Origin: an uncultured Bdellovibrionales bacterium
Lineage (GTDB): Bacteria; Patescibacteriota; Minisyncoccia; Moranbacterales; UBA1568
Assembly: GCA_964461975.1 (NCBI GenBank)
Contig: CAYWVL010000003.1
Coordinates: forward strand, 1-35,208
Direction of reading: 5' to 3'
DNA length: 35,208 nucleotides
The notes under the pieces were generated by a model. The model did no database searches. It had not been told where the DNA came from and worked only from the letters and a program-made list of their open reading frames with translations. Positions 34,864 through 35,208 of this stretch are shown piece by piece. How positions within the stretch are numbered: position 1 is the stretch's first letter; the number at the start of each line of letters is the position of its first letter. The translations under genes were made by a program, and so were the position numbers.

Positions 34864-35208
34864 TTACTTGATGATCTTGGTCGCGACACCAGCACCGACG
34901 GTGCGGCCGCCTTCGCGGATGGCGAAGCGCATGCCTTCTTCCATGGCGACTGGAGCGATCAGCGTAATCTTGAGTTTAATGGTGTCACCCGGCATAACCA
35001 TCTCGGTCCCTTCCGGAAGGATCACCTCTCCGGTCACATCAGTGGTCCGGATGTAGAACTGAGGCTTGTATCCCTTGAAGAACGGGGTGTGACGGCCGCC
35101 TTCCTCTTTGTTGAGGATATAGACTTCGCCCTCGAATTCGGTGTGGGGAGTGATGGAGCCGGGCTTGGCCAAAACCTGACCGCGCTCGACATCCTCTTTC
35201 TTGATACC
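34864..35208 (-). CDS. tuf: elongation factor Tu, C-terminal part (5' end outside the window)
   Basis: The frame is open to the window edge ([32 protein letters not shown]...[15 protein letters not shown]). The track shows only the part from an internal Met. Confidence 0.95.
   Translation of the reverse strand, partial: GIKKEDVERGQVLAKPGSITPHTEFEGEVYILNKEEGGRHTPFFKGYKPQFYIRTTDVTGEVILPEGTEMVMPGDTIKLKITLIAPVAMEEGMRFAIREGGRTVGAGVATKIIK

Overview
This is a compact, GC3-rich core-genome block. Almost every gene from 5319 to 35208 is on the minus strand with very short gaps.

The right third (25530..35208) is the S10/spc ribosomal-protein supercluster. Its order is tuf (5'-truncated by the window edge), rpsJ, rplC, rplD, rplW, rplB, rpsS, rplV, rpsC, rplP, rpmC, rpsQ, rplN, rplX, rplE, rpsZ, rpsH, rplF, rplR, rpsE, rplO, then secY, adk, map. 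There is no rpmD (L30) between rpsE and rplO. Several r-proteins carry low-complexity tails. Both traits fit a Patescibacteria/CPR-like organism, but that is an inference, not proof.

After map the usual infA-rpmJ-rpsM continuation is missing. Instead the strand runs into ruvX, a GT2 polyprenyl-phosphate sugar synthase, a GalT-like HIT transferase, tpiA, fba, gap, a D-aminoacylase homolog, murD, a CsoR/FrmR-family repressor, an SDR oxidoreductase, trxB, murA, mreB, two GT4 glycosyltransferases, holB and ftsQ.

The left end holds two tandem plus-strand GT-C (PMT/ArnT-like) membrane glycosyltransferases. Divergent from them is a long acidic orphan ORF (1..1595, minus) that runs off the window and is absent from the supplied ORF track.

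I found no CRISPR array, tRNA, rRNA, transposase or integrase. I do not see a clear-cut novel multi-gene system.

The observations most worth follow-up are:
- The D-aminoacylase homolog next to murD has four of six recalled metal ligands substituted.
- The FrmR/CstR-like regulator has a perfect 9-5-9 palindromic operator over its own near-consensus promoter and sits in front of SDR and trxB.
- The edge-truncated orphan ORF has no recognisable family.
- A promoter-equipped small membrane ORF lies antisense between the two GT4 genes.
- murA has an apparently leaderless promoter.
- There are unusual spacers and a terminator inside the ribosomal cluster.

All family assignments come from motif recognition by eye. 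No database search was run.
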